From: Candidatus Spongiisociaceae bacterium
GTDB lineage: Bacteria; Actinomycetota; Acidimicrobiia; Spongiisociales; Spongiisociaceae
Assembly: GCA_965262915.1 (NCBI GenBank)
Contig: OZ253564.1
Coordinates: 3,200,001 to 3,264,000 of the forward strand
Length of the DNA stretch: 64,000 nt
Direction of reading: 5' to 3'
Shown here: in pieces, positions 1 to 10,217 of the stretch
How positions within the stretch are numbered: the first letter of the stretch is position 1
Layout of the letters: each line of letters opens with the position of its first letter
Notes under the pieces: generated by a model
Seen by the model: only the letters and a program-made list of their open reading frames with translations
What the model was told of the DNA's origin: nothing
Database searches by the model: none
Position numbers and translations under genes: made by a program

Positions 1-1229
1 TCGTCGGCGAACGAGTCGGCGGCGTAACGGATCACGAACACCAACCCACCGGTGTCGGGTTCCCACAGGATCTGGTAATGGTCGCCACCCCACCCGTCGG
101 CTGCCCGAGCGGCCGCCACCGTACCGCTATGACGGTCCAGCATCGCCTTCCAGCGGCGCTCCCCCCAGGTCCCCTGCTCCACCACGGTGTATCCCTCCAC
201 CTCGACGGCCGGCGGATCGACCTCGATCCCCGGCTCGAGCCGCCGGTACCGGTCGATGTGGAGAACCTGCTCGGTGGTATTCGGCGGGCGGTCGAGGGCC
301 TGGTCGAGCGCCGCCATACCGCCCAACCGGTACAGCTCGGCCGCCAGGAACGATCCGGCCCGTGAGGGGAACCGAGCCAGTTCGCGGAGCATCGACGGCG
401 CCTCGTCCAGTACCGACCGGTACCGTTCTCCCACCTGTCCGGCAGCCTGTGCCCTCCGTTCGGGGGGCAGCGAGTCGAGGTACAACGACTGGACAAGAAG
501 CGCCTCTCCCTCGAGCAGAGCGATCCGCGCCGCCAGCCGGTCGGGATCCTGACCGACCGCCGAGAGATTGCCAACCACCAGCGGGTTGCGCTGGTGGGCC
601 AGGGCATGCACCAACTCACCGACCAGCACCCACTTCTGGTATTCGTCCAGCGGCGCCCCACCGGTGGGTATCACGACCCTGGCGCGGGCGAAATCGTAGA
701 AGGGTTCGGGTACAGGAGCCGCCAGAGCGGCCAGCACCGCCCCCAGATCGGCGTCCGCAGGCATACCGAGGAGTTCGAAGAAAGCGCTCTGCCACCGCAC
801 GGATTCCCGGCGGGATTCGCGAGAGGGATCGGGCGTGCGCTCGGCCAACTCCTCGGGCGTGACGGCCTCGAAGCTCGGTCGGCGGGCGAACGTGCGCCCT
901 CGCAGGGTCTCGGTGACACCCATCAACTCCTCGACCTGGCGGGCCAACTCCTGCGGTAGGGACCAAGGGAGGGTGGTGGTCGTCGTGCTCGGGGCGGGCG
1001 CCCTGGTAGTGGTGCTGGTCGGAGCCGTCGCGGTAGGACCGTCCGTCGCGGAAGGGGTCGTCACCCGGGTGGTCGTGGTCACCGGGGTGGCATCGGTGGT
1101 CGGGGCGGTGGCATCGGTGGTCTCGGACGGTGCCTCACCCGTATCCGAACGGCACCCGGCGGCCGCCGCACACAGGGTCGAGACCAAGCCCACGACTGCT
1201 ACGAGGCGGAGGGTGGATAGGGCGGTCAT
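1..1229 (-). CDS. Lipoprotein with Thr-rich linker and degenerate zincin-like domain (runs off window start)
   Basis: Not in the ORF track because there is no stop in the window. Manual translation from ATG 1229: MTALSTLRLVAVVGLVSTLCAAAAGC (lipobox), a T/P-rich linker, then ...GELVHALAHQ...LLEGEA...PPNTTEQVLH...DGWGGD; the frame stays open to base 3. Confidence 0.75.
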   Translation of the reverse strand, partial: MTALSTLRLVAVVGLVSTLCAAAAGCRSDTGEAPSETTDATAPTTDATPVTTTTRVTTPSATDGPTATAPTSTTTRAPAPSTTTTTLPWSLPQELARQVEELMGVTETLRGRTFARRPSFEAVTPEELAERTPDPSRESRRESVRWQSAFFELLGMPADADLGAVLAALAAPVPEPFYDFARARVVIPTGGAPLDEYQKWVLVGELVHALAHQRNPLVVGNLSAVGQDPDRLAARIALLEGEALLVQSLYLDSLPPERRAQAAGQVGERYRSVLDEAPSMLRELARFPSRAGSFLAAELYRLGGMAALDQALDRPPNTTEQVLHIDRYRRLEPGIEVDPPAVEVEGYTVVEQGTWGERRWKAMLDRHSGTVAAARAADGWGGDHYQILWEPDTGGLVFVIRYAADSFAD

Positions 1230-1394
1230 AGCGCCGCCGAGCGTAGCCGCAAGCGGCCTCGTGGTCTGTCTGCAAGGCAACTCGGCGTGCTCTGCTTGCC
1301 ATCGCGACGCCCCACGCTGCCGCCGCATACCATGCAGCGATTTCGCAGACAGACCACCGGCGTAGGATTGCCCCATGCCGTACCGCGGGATGCA

Positions 1395-2771
1395 ATGCGC
1401 GTCGCCCTGATCTCCACCTACGAACTCGGTCGACAGCCGGTCCACCTGGCTTCCCCGGCCGCGCGCCTCAGGGCCGCCGGTCACGAGGTACGAACGCTCG
1501 ACCTGGCGGTGGACCCATGGGACGAGGAGTTGGTCGGTTGGGCCGAAGCGGTGGCGTTCAGCACCCCGATGCACACCGCGTTACGCCTGGCCAACGTGGT
1601 CGCCGACCGTATCAGGGCGCGCCGGGGCGACGTTCCCCTGGCGGTCTACGGCCTCTACGCCGCCGTGGCGGGGGCGGATGCCCCGTTCAGCCGGGCGATA
1701 GCCGGGGAATACGAGCGTGAACTGGTGGATTGGGTGACATCGATCCAGGATGGAGTCCCATCGACCGGAACCACCGTGTTCAGGGGCCGCTCCACGTTCC
1801 TGCAGCCGGATCGGTTCGATCTCCCGGGGCTCGAACGGTACGCACAGCTCGAGATCGGGGCGAGCCGAATGCTGGTGGGATCGGTGGAGGCAAGCCACGG
1901 ATGCATGCACAAGTGCCGGCACTGCCCGCTCCCCACCGTCTACGACGGGCGGTTCAGGGCCGTCCCCGCGAGGACCGTTCTGGCAGATATCGAACGTCTG
2001 GTCGAAGCAGGGGCCGGTCACATCACCTTCGGCGACGCCGACTTCTTCAACGGCCCGCGGCACTCGTTGAGGATCGTCGCCGAGATGAGGCGCCGCTGGC
2101 CGCAGGTGACCTACGACGCCACCATCAAGGTCGAGCACTTGAAGCGATTCGAGCGAGAACTTCCCACGCTGGCGGAGACCGGATGCCTCTTCGTGGTCTC
2201 AGCCTTCGAAACGCTCAACGACCGTATCCTCACCATCCTCGACAAGGGCCATACGGCCCGGGATGCCGCTGTGGTCATCCACACCACCCGCCGAGCCGGG
2301 TTCGAGCTCCGCCCGACCTGGCTCCCCTTCACGCCGTGGACCTCCCTAGGCGACGTGGGCGACATCTTCTCGTTCATCGTGACCCACGACCTGGTGGAAC
2401 TGACCGATCCGGTGCAACTCAGCATCCGCCTTCTGGTGCCCCGCGGGTCGTTACTGACCGAAGATCCGGCCTTCGTTCCCCATCGCGGTGACTACGACCC
2501 TGGCGCCGCCACCTACCGGTGGGTATCACCCGACCGCCGGGTGAACGAACTGGGCGTCCGGCTCGCCCGGAACGCCGAAGAGGGCACCGACCACCCACCG
2601 GCCACCACCTTCGCCCGCATGTGGAGAGTCGTGCTGGAGGCCACCGGAGAGGATCCGGGCCTGGCCGACGCTCTCCCCCACGGCGCCACTGCCGGGAGAC
2701 CCAGGCTCACCGAGCCGTGGTTCTGCTGAGCGGAACCCACCGCGGACCAGTTGGGTTCGCTTCCCGGTTAG
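1395..2771 (+). CDS. CUAEP-tail radical SAM selenoprotein (B12-binding-like N-terminal domain)
   Basis: Starts MRVALISTYELGRQP; CMHKCRHC cluster motif. TGA 2727-2729 lies in EPWFC-TGA-AEPT and reading continues to TAG 2769-2771, matching the CUAEP/CCAEP-tail family signature. Confidence 0.88.
2730..2760 (+). promoter_or_regulatory. Putative bacterial SECIS hairpin
   Basis: Directly after the UGA, gcgGAACCCA...TGGGTTCgc forms a 7-bp stem extended by two GC pairs past a bulge, enclosing 12 nt. Confidence 0.6.
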
Positions 2772-3005
2772 GTGTCAGGTGTCAGGTGTGCTAACTCATG
2801 CTGGGAAGTCACTACCAGCAACCAGCCCTGGCTCTTCAGACACACGGGCCGATGTTCCACTATCGGCCGGGTGAAGTCGACAAGTGCGCTCAGTCGCCGC
2901 TCACTCTGGGAGTGAAACGGCTGTACGGGACACCGGGCTCGTCAACACTCAGAAACCCCAGGTCAGAGGTCCCAGCCCCACCGGTAACCGGTGACCAGCG
3001 ACTGC

Positions 3006-4451
3006 TTACCATGCCAGATACTTGAGTTCCAGGTACTCCTCCATACCGTGGTGGCTTCCCTCTCGCCCCACACCTGACTGCTTGACGCCGCCGAACGGAG
3101 CAGCCGCATCGGAGATCAGGCCCCGGTTGAGAGCGACCATGCCCGACTCGATCGCCTCGGCTACCCGAAACGCACGCCTGACGTCGCCGGTGTAGACATA
3201 GGAGATGAGACCGTGCTCCGTATCGTTGGCGGCCGTGATCGCTTCCTCCTCGGTCTCGAAGGAGACGATCGGCGCCACCGGACCGAAGATCTCGTGGTCC
3301 AGGATCAACGAGTCGGGCGCGACCTCCGAGAGCACGGTCGGTTCGTAGAAGTATCCGGGTCCGTCCGGCGCCCGGCCGCCCGTACGGACGGTGGCATCGG
3401 CGTCCACCGCGCTCGTCACCAGGTAGTCGATCTTCTCGATAGCCCGGGCATTGATCATCGGACCCACCTGGTTGGCCCGGTCGATGCCGGGACCCATCCG
3501 CAGTATCGACATCGCCTCGGTCAGGCGGGACGTGAACGCCTCGGCAACTCCCGCCTGGACGTAGAAACGGTTGGCCGCCACGCAGGTCTCCCCCGCGTTG
3601 CGCATCTTGGCGACCATCGCACCCTCGATGGCGGATCCGATATCGGCATCGTCGAACACGACGAAAGGAGCGTTGCCGCCCAGTTCCATGCTGGTGCGCA
3701 GGATCCGCCTACCGGCCTTGGCCATCAGCAACCTGCCCACCTCGGTCGACCCGGTAAAGGACAGCTTCCGCACCCGCGGGTCTTCGAGCATCGTGTCCAC
3801 CACACCCGATGAACCCCGAGCAGCGACCACGTTGACCACACCGGGCGGGAGCCCGGCCTCCGTGAGAATGTCCGCCACGGCCAGGGCGGAGAGGGGCGTG
3901 TCCGAAGCGGGCTTGAGGATGGTGGTGCAACCGGCCGCCAGAGCCGGTCCCAGCTTGCGGGTCGCCATTGCCGAGGGGAAGTTCCATGGAGTGACCATGA
4001 GGGAGATCCCGACCGGCTCCGGCACGACGATTATCCGCTTGTCACCCGCCGGCGCAGTGCGGAACTCGCCTGTGATCCGGACCGCCTCCTCCGAGAACCA
4101 CCGGAAGAACTCGGCCGCGTAGCGAACTTCGCCGAGCGCGTCCGAATAGGTCTTCCCGTTCTCCAACACGATCAACTCGGCCAGCTGCTCCTCCCGATCG
4201 AGCATGGTCTCGTACGATCGACGCAGGATCTCGCTCCGCACCCGTGGCGCGGTGGCGGCCCACTCCGGTGCCGCAGCCGCAGCCGCGTCCACGGCCGCTC
4301 GCGCCTGATCACGACCTGCTATCGCCACGGCCGCGAATACCTGCTCGGTTGCGGGGTCGATGACATCGAGTTCGCCATCCCCCTCGGCCCACTCACCCCC
4401 GATATGGAGACGGGTCCTGGGACCCCCCAACAGTTCATCCACTACCGACAT
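3006..4451 (-). CDS. gabD: NAD(P)-dependent succinate-semialdehyde dehydrogenase (ALDH)
   Basis: PWNFP, FTGSTEVG, MELGGNAP, catalytic C in GETCV, EIFGP, PFGGVKQSG motifs. Confidence 0.85.
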   Translation of the reverse strand: MSVVDELLGGPRTRLHIGGEWAEGDGELDVIDPATEQVFAAVAIAGRDQARAAVDAAAAAAPEWAATAPRVRSEILRRSYETMLDREEQLAELIVLENGKTYSDALGEVRYAAEFFRWFSEEAVRITGEFRTAPAGDKRIIVVPEPVGISLMVTPWNFPSAMATRKLGPALAAGCTTILKPASDTPLSALAVADILTEAGLPPGVVNVVAARGSSGVVDTMLEDPRVRKLSFTGSTEVGRLLMAKAGRRILRTSMELGGNAPFVVFDDADIGSAIEGAMVAKMRNAGETCVAANRFYVQAGVAEAFTSRLTEAMSILRMGPGIDRANQVGPMINARAIEKIDYLVTSAVDADATVRTGGRAPDGPGYFYEPTVLSEVAPDSLILDHEIFGPVAPIVSFETEEEAITAANDTEHGLISYVYTGDVRRAFRVAEAIESGMVALNRGLISDAAAPFGGVKQSGVGREGSHHGMEEYLELKYLAW

Positions 4452-4475
4452 TCGTCCCTCCTATGAGACCGCTGA

Positions 4476-6191
4476 TCAGAAGCCCAAGAATCCGGCCAGG
4501 TCGGCGGCCACTCTCTCGGCCTCCCGGACGAGACCCTCCTCGAGCGCGAACGGGTTGCCGCCTTCCGGCACCGGGGCCTGCACGTCCACGTAGATCTTAA
4601 GCTTCGGCTCGGTACCGCTCGGACGGACCAGCACCCGGCTACCGTCCTCGAGGGTCAGAGCCACCAACGGGGTGGGGCCCAGCCAGCGAGGACGATCCTC
4701 CGCACCCACCCGGTAGTCGGTGGTGTCCGTCACCGCCACCCCTCCGACCTCGCGGGGCGGTTCTGCTCCCAAACGCGCCATCGCATCCCCGATAGCTGCC
4801 ATCCCGGCCACCCCCGGCCGCCGGATGCTCCTCTGAACCGACACCCACAGCCCAAAGCGACGGTACAGATCAGCGAGCAGATCCGGAACGGTTCTTCCCT
4901 CGGCCCGGCACCGGGCAGCCAGGTCCGCCATCACCAGTGCCGCCGACACACCGTCCTTGTCCCTCACCACTGCCCCGACCGAATAGCCGAGCGCCTCCTC
5001 GTAGCCGAAGGCCAAGGATGCCTCACCTGTCGCCTCGATATCGAGAGCCGCGTTGGCGATCCACTTGAATCCGGTGAGCGTGGTCTCGAACCGGGCGCCG
5101 TGGGCAGCCCCGATGAGGGCGGTCATCGGGGAGCTGACGATCGAGTTGACCACCAAGGGCGGGGGGTCGCCTCGCTTGCTCGACAGTATGTAGTCGGCCA
5201 GCAGAGCGCCCACCTGATTTCCCGTGAGCTGCACCCAGCCCGCAGCGCCGGGCACCGCCACCGCCAGGCGGTCCGCGTCGGGATCGTTGGCCAGCACGAT
5301 GTCGGCACCAACCCGCTCTGCCAGTTCCAGGGAGAGGTCCAGAGCCCCGGGTTCCTCAGGATTGGGAAACGCGACCGTCGGGAACCTCCCGTCGGGTTCC
5401 ACCTGCTCGACGACCGGATGCACATCCTCGTACCCGGCCCGGGACAGCGCGTCGCGGACGTACCGCCAGCCGACCCCGTGCAGCGGGGTGTAGACGATCC
5501 GGAGTCCCGGATCACCGGCGGGCGGGGATCGGAGGCGGGCAATGTCCCGGTAGTAGTCCTCCAGCAACCGCGGCCCGACGGGGCTAACCGCCGCGGGGCC
5601 GCCATCCTGCGCCGCGGGGTCCCGAGGCACGTCGATCGCCGCACCCACCCGGTCGATCGCGGCGGCTATAGCCGAGTCGATCGGTGGGATGATCTGGGCT
5701 CCGTTGCCGTCGTAGACCTTGTAGCCGTTGTCCCGGGGAGGGTTGTGGCTGGCGGTGATCGCTATGCCGGCGGAGCCGCCCAGTTCCGAGACCGCGTAGG
5801 CGACCAGCGGGGTGGGAACCTCGTCCTCCCAGAACCGCACCTCGAGACCGGCAGCCGCCAGGACCGCGACCGTGTCCCGCATGAAACGATGGCTGGACAG
5901 CCGCGCATCTCTCCCCACGACCACCGGCCCTGGTGGGACACCCCCGTGGCGATCCAGCAGGAACTCGGCCAGACCCCTGGTCGTACGTATCACCGACGCC
6001 CTGTTCATCCGGTTGGACCCCGCCTCTACGGCTCCCCGCAGCCCGGCAGTCCCGAACGCGAGCGTCCCGTCCATCCGCTCGGCCAACTCATCGACATCGC
6101 CTGTCTCGATCAGGGTTCTCAGCTCGGCCCTCGTGGACGGGTCGGGGTCTGCGGCCATCCATGCCCGGGCCCGATCCAGGAGATCCTCCAT
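4476..6191 (-). CDS. Phosphomannomutase/phosphoglucomutase family protein
   Basis: FGTAGLRG, TASHNP phosphoserine loop, DPDADR metal loop, GYEEA, RPSGTEPK. Confidence 0.92.
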   Translation of the reverse strand: MEDLLDRARAWMAADPDPSTRAELRTLIETGDVDELAERMDGTLAFGTAGLRGAVEAGSNRMNRASVIRTTRGLAEFLLDRHGGVPPGPVVVGRDARLSSHRFMRDTVAVLAAAGLEVRFWEDEVPTPLVAYAVSELGGSAGIAITASHNPPRDNGYKVYDGNGAQIIPPIDSAIAAAIDRVGAAIDVPRDPAAQDGGPAAVSPVGPRLLEDYYRDIARLRSPPAGDPGLRIVYTPLHGVGWRYVRDALSRAGYEDVHPVVEQVEPDGRFPTVAFPNPEEPGALDLSLELAERVGADIVLANDPDADRLAVAVPGAAGWVQLTGNQVGALLADYILSSKRGDPPPLVVNSIVSSPMTALIGAAHGARFETTLTGFKWIANAALDIEATGEASLAFGYEEALGYSVGAVVRDKDGVSAALVMADLAARCRAEGRTVPDLLADLYRRFGLWVSVQRSIRRPGVAGMAAIGDAMARLGAEPPREVGGVAVTDTTDYRVGAEDRPRWLGPTPLVALTLEDGSRVLVRPSGTEPKLKIYVDVQAPVPEGGNPFALEEGLVREAERVAADLAGFLGF

Positions 6192-6304
6192 GCCGTGACC
6201 CTAACCAGTGGCCGACCGCCCTCGAGAACAACCGGCATCGCAAGGTCGTCCTCCGGCAACTGATCCGGTGGTGGCCGGGAGCCGACCGGATGGCCGATGG
6301 TCAC

Positions 6305-7486
6305 CTATCCGGGTCGGCTCCGGATGGCGTAGACCTTGTAGCTGTGCCGGTACCTCCGGGTCTCTTCGCCCAGATCCGTCCAAGCGGATGTTCCGCTCTC
6401 GCGGCACTCGGCCTGCCAGACCACGTCGAGGATGATGGGGTACCCGGCGCTGTAGCCGCCTCGCAGGGAGGATCTCCGGTATACCACCGTGGTACCTCCG
6501 ATGTCCACCGTGACAGGAGACGTCAACGACCAGGCGGCGCGGAAGCTGTGCGCGTACCGATGGAAGGTCCTGTTGCCCAGATCGGTACCGTCCAGGGTGC
6601 CGAGATCGGTGAACGACCAGGACAGATGGCTCACCCACGACCTCAGGTTCACCTGATCACCGTTGATCCGGGTGCTGAGGCTGAATCGCGGATCGTCCGT
6701 GTACAGGGCTCTCATCGGAACCCTGACGTAGCCGTTGGCGGTCGGCTGCAAGCCCAGGCCGGGGGTCGGCCGGTCTTCCACGGCAGCGAGGAAGGCGTCG
6801 AAGGCCTCGGGATCCTCGCACACCCTTGACTCCGGGGGTCGGGTCGGGCCCGGCCCGTCGGTCGGGGGTACCCCCTCCGTCGGAGCCGGCCCCTCGGTGG
6901 GCGGAGGCCCGTCGGTGGGCGGCGGGCAGTCCGGCGGATGGGAGTCCGGATCATCCTCGCAATGTTCATGCGGGATGTTCACCCAGGTACCGCAATTTCC
7001 CGGGCTCGTGTCGGCGGGAAGGCTGTGGGCGCCGACACACACCGCGTAGGTGGGACCCGTCCGGTCCTCGTGCCGGCCTAGGTAGGTGTACTTCACCGCC
7101 AGTCCGTCGCCGTGAGGCGAATGCCCGCCGGGTTGTCCGATGTTGCAACTGTTGGTGATCCCCGGTCTCGGGGGGCTTATCACCGGGCCGCACGGCTTCC
7201 ATACGGGCCCAACCTGGGACCAGTTGAGGCAGACCGGGATAGCTCCACCCGGCAGCATGCCCTGGCCGGCACACTCCCATTCCTTCCAGTGGTTCCAATG
7301 GCGCTCCCAGTCCCAGGTCGTAGCGGTGCGGCCGGCCTTCCACGACGACGCGGGAGGGTCTGCCCCTCCGGGTTCCGAGGCCCACAGGGCAGCCAGTAGC
7401 AGCAGACCTCCCACCGCGATCCAGCCGGCAGGAACCGCCACGGTCTGCAACACGGAGCGGAGCGATCGGAGGGTGGAGTGCGGCAC
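6305..7486 (-). CDS. Secreted Cys/Trp-rich hypothetical protein with PPT(D/E)G repeats and a C-terminal beta-rich domain
   Basis: N-terminal hydrophobic segment, Cys-rich region, PPTDG/PPTEG/APTEG/PPTDG repeats; start lies 3 bp after the upstream gene's stop. Confidence 0.6.
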   Translation of the reverse strand: MPHSTLRSLRSVLQTVAVPAGWIAVGGLLLLAALWASEPGGADPPASSWKAGRTATTWDWERHWNHWKEWECAGQGMLPGGAIPVCLNWSQVGPVWKPCGPVISPPRPGITNSCNIGQPGGHSPHGDGLAVKYTYLGRHEDRTGPTYAVCVGAHSLPADTSPGNCGTWVNIPHEHCEDDPDSHPPDCPPPTDGPPPTEGPAPTEGVPPTDGPGPTRPPESRVCEDPEAFDAFLAAVEDRPTPGLGLQPTANGYVRVPMRALYTDDPRFSLSTRINGDQVNLRSWVSHLSWSFTDLGTLDGTDLGNRTFHRYAHSFRAAWSLTSPVTVDIGGTTVVYRRSSLRGGYSAGYPIILDVVWQAECRESGTSAWTDLGEETRRYRHSYKVYAIRSRPG

Positions 7487-7489
7487 CGG

Positions 7490-8428
7490 TCAGTAACGTC
7501 CTGTGGATCCGGGTGCCTCGTCCTCGTTGATCTCCAGATGGGGATCACGGGGACACCGGATGTCGTTACCGATCAGTTCCATGATGACAAGCACCTTCAC
7601 GCAGTAGGACCTCCTATAGGAGAGCTTCCACTCCCCCTCGATCTGCACGAGGGTGTCGAGAAGCTGATCGGTCGGCGGCCAGTCGGGATGGTCGAAGCGG
7701 TACCTGACACCGATGACGGCCTCATCGTGATCCGGTCCGCCATGCCACCGGATATCCTCGAAGATGATGCTGTATCGTCCCCGTTCGTCCGGGCGGAACA
7801 GGCCGGCGTCATGGGTCAGGCCGAAGTCGTCCAGAGCTGCGAACACCTCTTCGAGCAGATGGCTGTTCCGAATGGCGGACCGGCGCTGGTCGTCGGTACC
7901 GGTCCATGCCCAACGGAACACCCTCTTGATTTCCGCCAACGTGCAGGGGTCCTCAACCGGGTATCCATCGGCCTCCCACAACTCCTCCACCGAGGCGCAC
8001 CGCAGTGGCCCGGGCCCGGCCGTGGTGGCCGGTCCCTCCGTCGGGGTGGGGATAGCGGTGGATGGCATCACGGCAGTCGCCTCCGACACCCGAGCCCTAT
8101 CGTGATCGGCCGCGGGCGATGCGGCGTCCGTAGCGACAGGCGCCTCGGTCGTGATGGCCACATCCTGTCTTACCGCGGGAACCTCAGTCGTGTGGGCGAC
8201 CCCGGTAGAGGAGGCAACCGTAGACCGATCCACGGTCCGGACCGGCGCGGTAGCCGGCGTCCGGAGAGTGGTCGAGACAACCGGGGTACCGCCGAGATGG
8301 GGCAACGTGGAGTCGGATACGTCTGGAGCATCCTCCCCGGCGGGTACTCCCAACACGACAGCCAACGCCAGGAGACCGACCAGGGTCAGGGCAAACAAGG
8401 CCTTCTCGACGGGACGGATCACATCCAC
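7490..8428 (-). CDS. Membrane-anchored hypothetical protein with Thr/Ala-rich linker
   Basis: N-terminal TM helix, low-complexity T/A/P linker, C-terminal domain with several Cys; AT-rich promoter-like DNA upstream. Confidence 0.6.
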   Translation of the reverse strand: MDVIRPVEKALFALTLVGLLALAVVLGVPAGEDAPDVSDSTLPHLGGTPVVSTTLRTPATAPVRTVDRSTVASSTGVAHTTEVPAVRQDVAITTEAPVATDAASPAADHDRARVSEATAVMPSTAIPTPTEGPATTAGPGPLRCASVEELWEADGYPVEDPCTLAEIKRVFRWAWTGTDDQRRSAIRNSHLLEEVFAALDDFGLTHDAGLFRPDERGRYSIIFEDIRWHGGPDHDEAVIGVRYRFDHPDWPPTDQLLDTLVQIEGEWKLSYRRSYCVKVLVIMELIGNDIRCPRDPHLEINEDEAPGSTGRY

Positions 8429-8530
8429 CTACCGGAACAGCACAGCATTCATCAACATGAAGTGAGCCTACGAGCATGAACATGTTGTTTGTCGAGATTA
8501 GTGGAGGTTAAATAATACTGCCATTCGGAA

Positions 8531-8545
8531 AAGAATGTCATTCTT
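8531..8545. promoter_or_regulatory. Palindromic operator-like site AAGAATG-T-CATTCTT
   Basis: Perfect 7-1-7 inverted repeat in the AT-rich region upstream of the 8428 gene. Confidence 0.4.
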
Positions 8546-8772
8546 CACGAATATGGCGGCACATCCCGGGATTGAACGTCATACTCGTTCTCGGGGAGCC
8601 GGCCGAGACGGGCCGCCAGATCGGAGCGACGCTCCGCCACCGAGTTACCGGCCGGAGTGGGAACGCCGCCGGCGACAACCCCGGGGCGGTCCGCCTCCGG
8701 CATGGGAGTCGGTGACCGGGACCCGTACCGTTTCTTCGGGGACAGCGGTGGGGACCCGGGTTGGCATATCCC

Positions 8773-10137
8773 TCACGAGAACCGCGTAGGCGAGAACGGA
8801 CCGGGGTCGAGATCGGTGGGCAGCCCGCACAGCATCTGGGCCACCATCCGGCCGGTAACCGGACCGAGCGACAACCCGAGCTTGCCGTGACCCACGGCAT
8901 AGGTGACGTTGCTCCAGCGAGGCGTCGGACCGATGATGGGAATCCCGTCCGGTGTCACCGGCCGGATTCCCGCCCACCGCTCGAGGACCGTCAGGTCCGG
9001 ATCGAGCCGGATGCGGGATCGAACGTTGGCCTCGATATGCGCCAGCCGATCGAGGGACGGTCTGGTGTCGAGACGCCCCAGCTCCAACCATCCGCTCATC
9101 CTCAGCTGGTCGCCCATCGGGTTCACGGCCGCCCACCTATCACCTATAAGGATGTTGAGGCGGGGACCCAGGCGCGGCCGAGCGACCGTCATGCTGTAGC
9201 CCTTCCCGGGCTGGACAGGAATCGAGTCGCCCAGGAAGGAAGCCACCCCGGGAGTCCAAGCCCCGGTGGCCACCACCACCTGGTCGGCCGCCAGGTTGCC
9301 GCGCGACGTCACGAGCTGATCCACCACAGTCGCCGAGGTGGTGAACCCGAGCAACTCCGTCTGCGGAGCGAACCTCACTCCCCGCTCGGCCAGAATCGAG
9401 GCCAGGGACGACAGGAAGCGGGCGGGATCGAGACCGCCGTCGTCCACGCACAGAAACCCCCCGATGACCTCGTCGTTCAGCGCCGGCTCGAGCTCGTGGA
9501 TCTCGGTGGCCCCGAACATCTCGATGGCGACGCCGTGATGTTCCATCTCGGCTGCTTCGTGCCTGGCGCTCGCCAGGACTTTCTCGTCCCCGTACACGTG
9601 CAGAAGCCCGTCCGGTCGGTAACCGCAGTCCATCCCCTCCTCGGCGATCCAGCTGACCATCAACTCGGCGCTGAGGAAGCCGAGGGCGGTCAGCGTGACG
9701 GCGCCCCTATGGGCGGCCTTGCGGGTGCAGTTACGGACGAATCGGAGGATCCACCTCAGGTAGTCCGGATCGAGCGAGGGTCGAGCGGTGACCGGCCCGG
9801 TACGCCTCAGCATGCCCTTGAGCACCCCTGGCAGGACGCCGGGCGCCGCGAGCGGGATCACGTGACTTGGGACAACAAAACCGGCGTTGCCCGCCGCGCT
9901 GCCGCGCGCGATCGGGCCCTTGTCGATTACCACCACCTCCCGGCCACGGGCCACCAGTTCGTAAGCCGTGCACAGTCCAATCACACCTCCGCCGATCACG
10001 GCCACGTCGGCCTGGCCGGGAATGGTTGAGACTGATGGACCTCGGTCAACCGGTTCGGGTCTGGGTCGGCCGGCGGACGGCGACCCGCCTGGTGGTGTCG
10101 AGACTGATGGATCTTGGTCAACCGGTTCGGGTGGCAA
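8773..10137 (-). CDS. FAD-dependent D-amino-acid dehydrogenase (DadA-like)
   Basis: VIGGGVIG, GSAAGNAG, WAGIRPVTPDG, GHGKLGLSLG. Start uncertain; TTG 10137 is preceded by GAGGGG. Confidence 0.85.
   Translation of the reverse strand: MPPEPVDQDPSVSTPPGGSPSAGRPRPEPVDRGPSVSTIPGQADVAVIGGGVIGLCTAYELVARGREVVVIDKGPIARGSAAGNAGFVVPSHVIPLAAPGVLPGVLKGMLRRTGPVTARPSLDPDYLRWILRFVRNCTRKAAHRGAVTLTALGFLSAELMVSWIAEEGMDCGYRPDGLLHVYGDEKVLASARHEAAEMEHHGVAIEMFGATEIHELEPALNDEVIGGFLCVDDGGLDPARFLSSLASILAERGVRFAPQTELLGFTTSATVVDQLVTSRGNLAADQVVVATGAWTPGVASFLGDSIPVQPGKGYSMTVARPRLGPRLNILIGDRWAAVNPMGDQLRMSGWLELGRLDTRPSLDRLAHIEANVRSRIRLDPDLTVLERWAGIRPVTPDGIPIIGPTPRWSNVTYAVGHGKLGLSLGPVTGRMVAQMLCGLPTDLDPGPFSPTRFS
10028..10132. 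repeat. 33-bp direct repeat, 72-bp period
   Basis: gagactgatggacctcggtcaaccggttcgggt (10028-10060) vs gagactgatggatcttggtcaaccggttcgggt (10100-10132). Confidence 0.9.
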
Positions 10138-10217
10138 TCCGACCCCCTCGGGTGGAGCATGGCGTTGTCGCGGCGTACCTGATGTACGGCCACGATACCG
10201 CAGGATCGTGCGACATC

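Noticed and set aside
32-661. 209-aa ORF from the track
   Set aside because: Wrong frame; the real gene is the overlapping open frame from 1229 that runs off the window.
2770-2790. Heptamer repeat AGGTGTC x~3 (similar at ~11755)
   Set aside because: Too short and low-copy to support a function.
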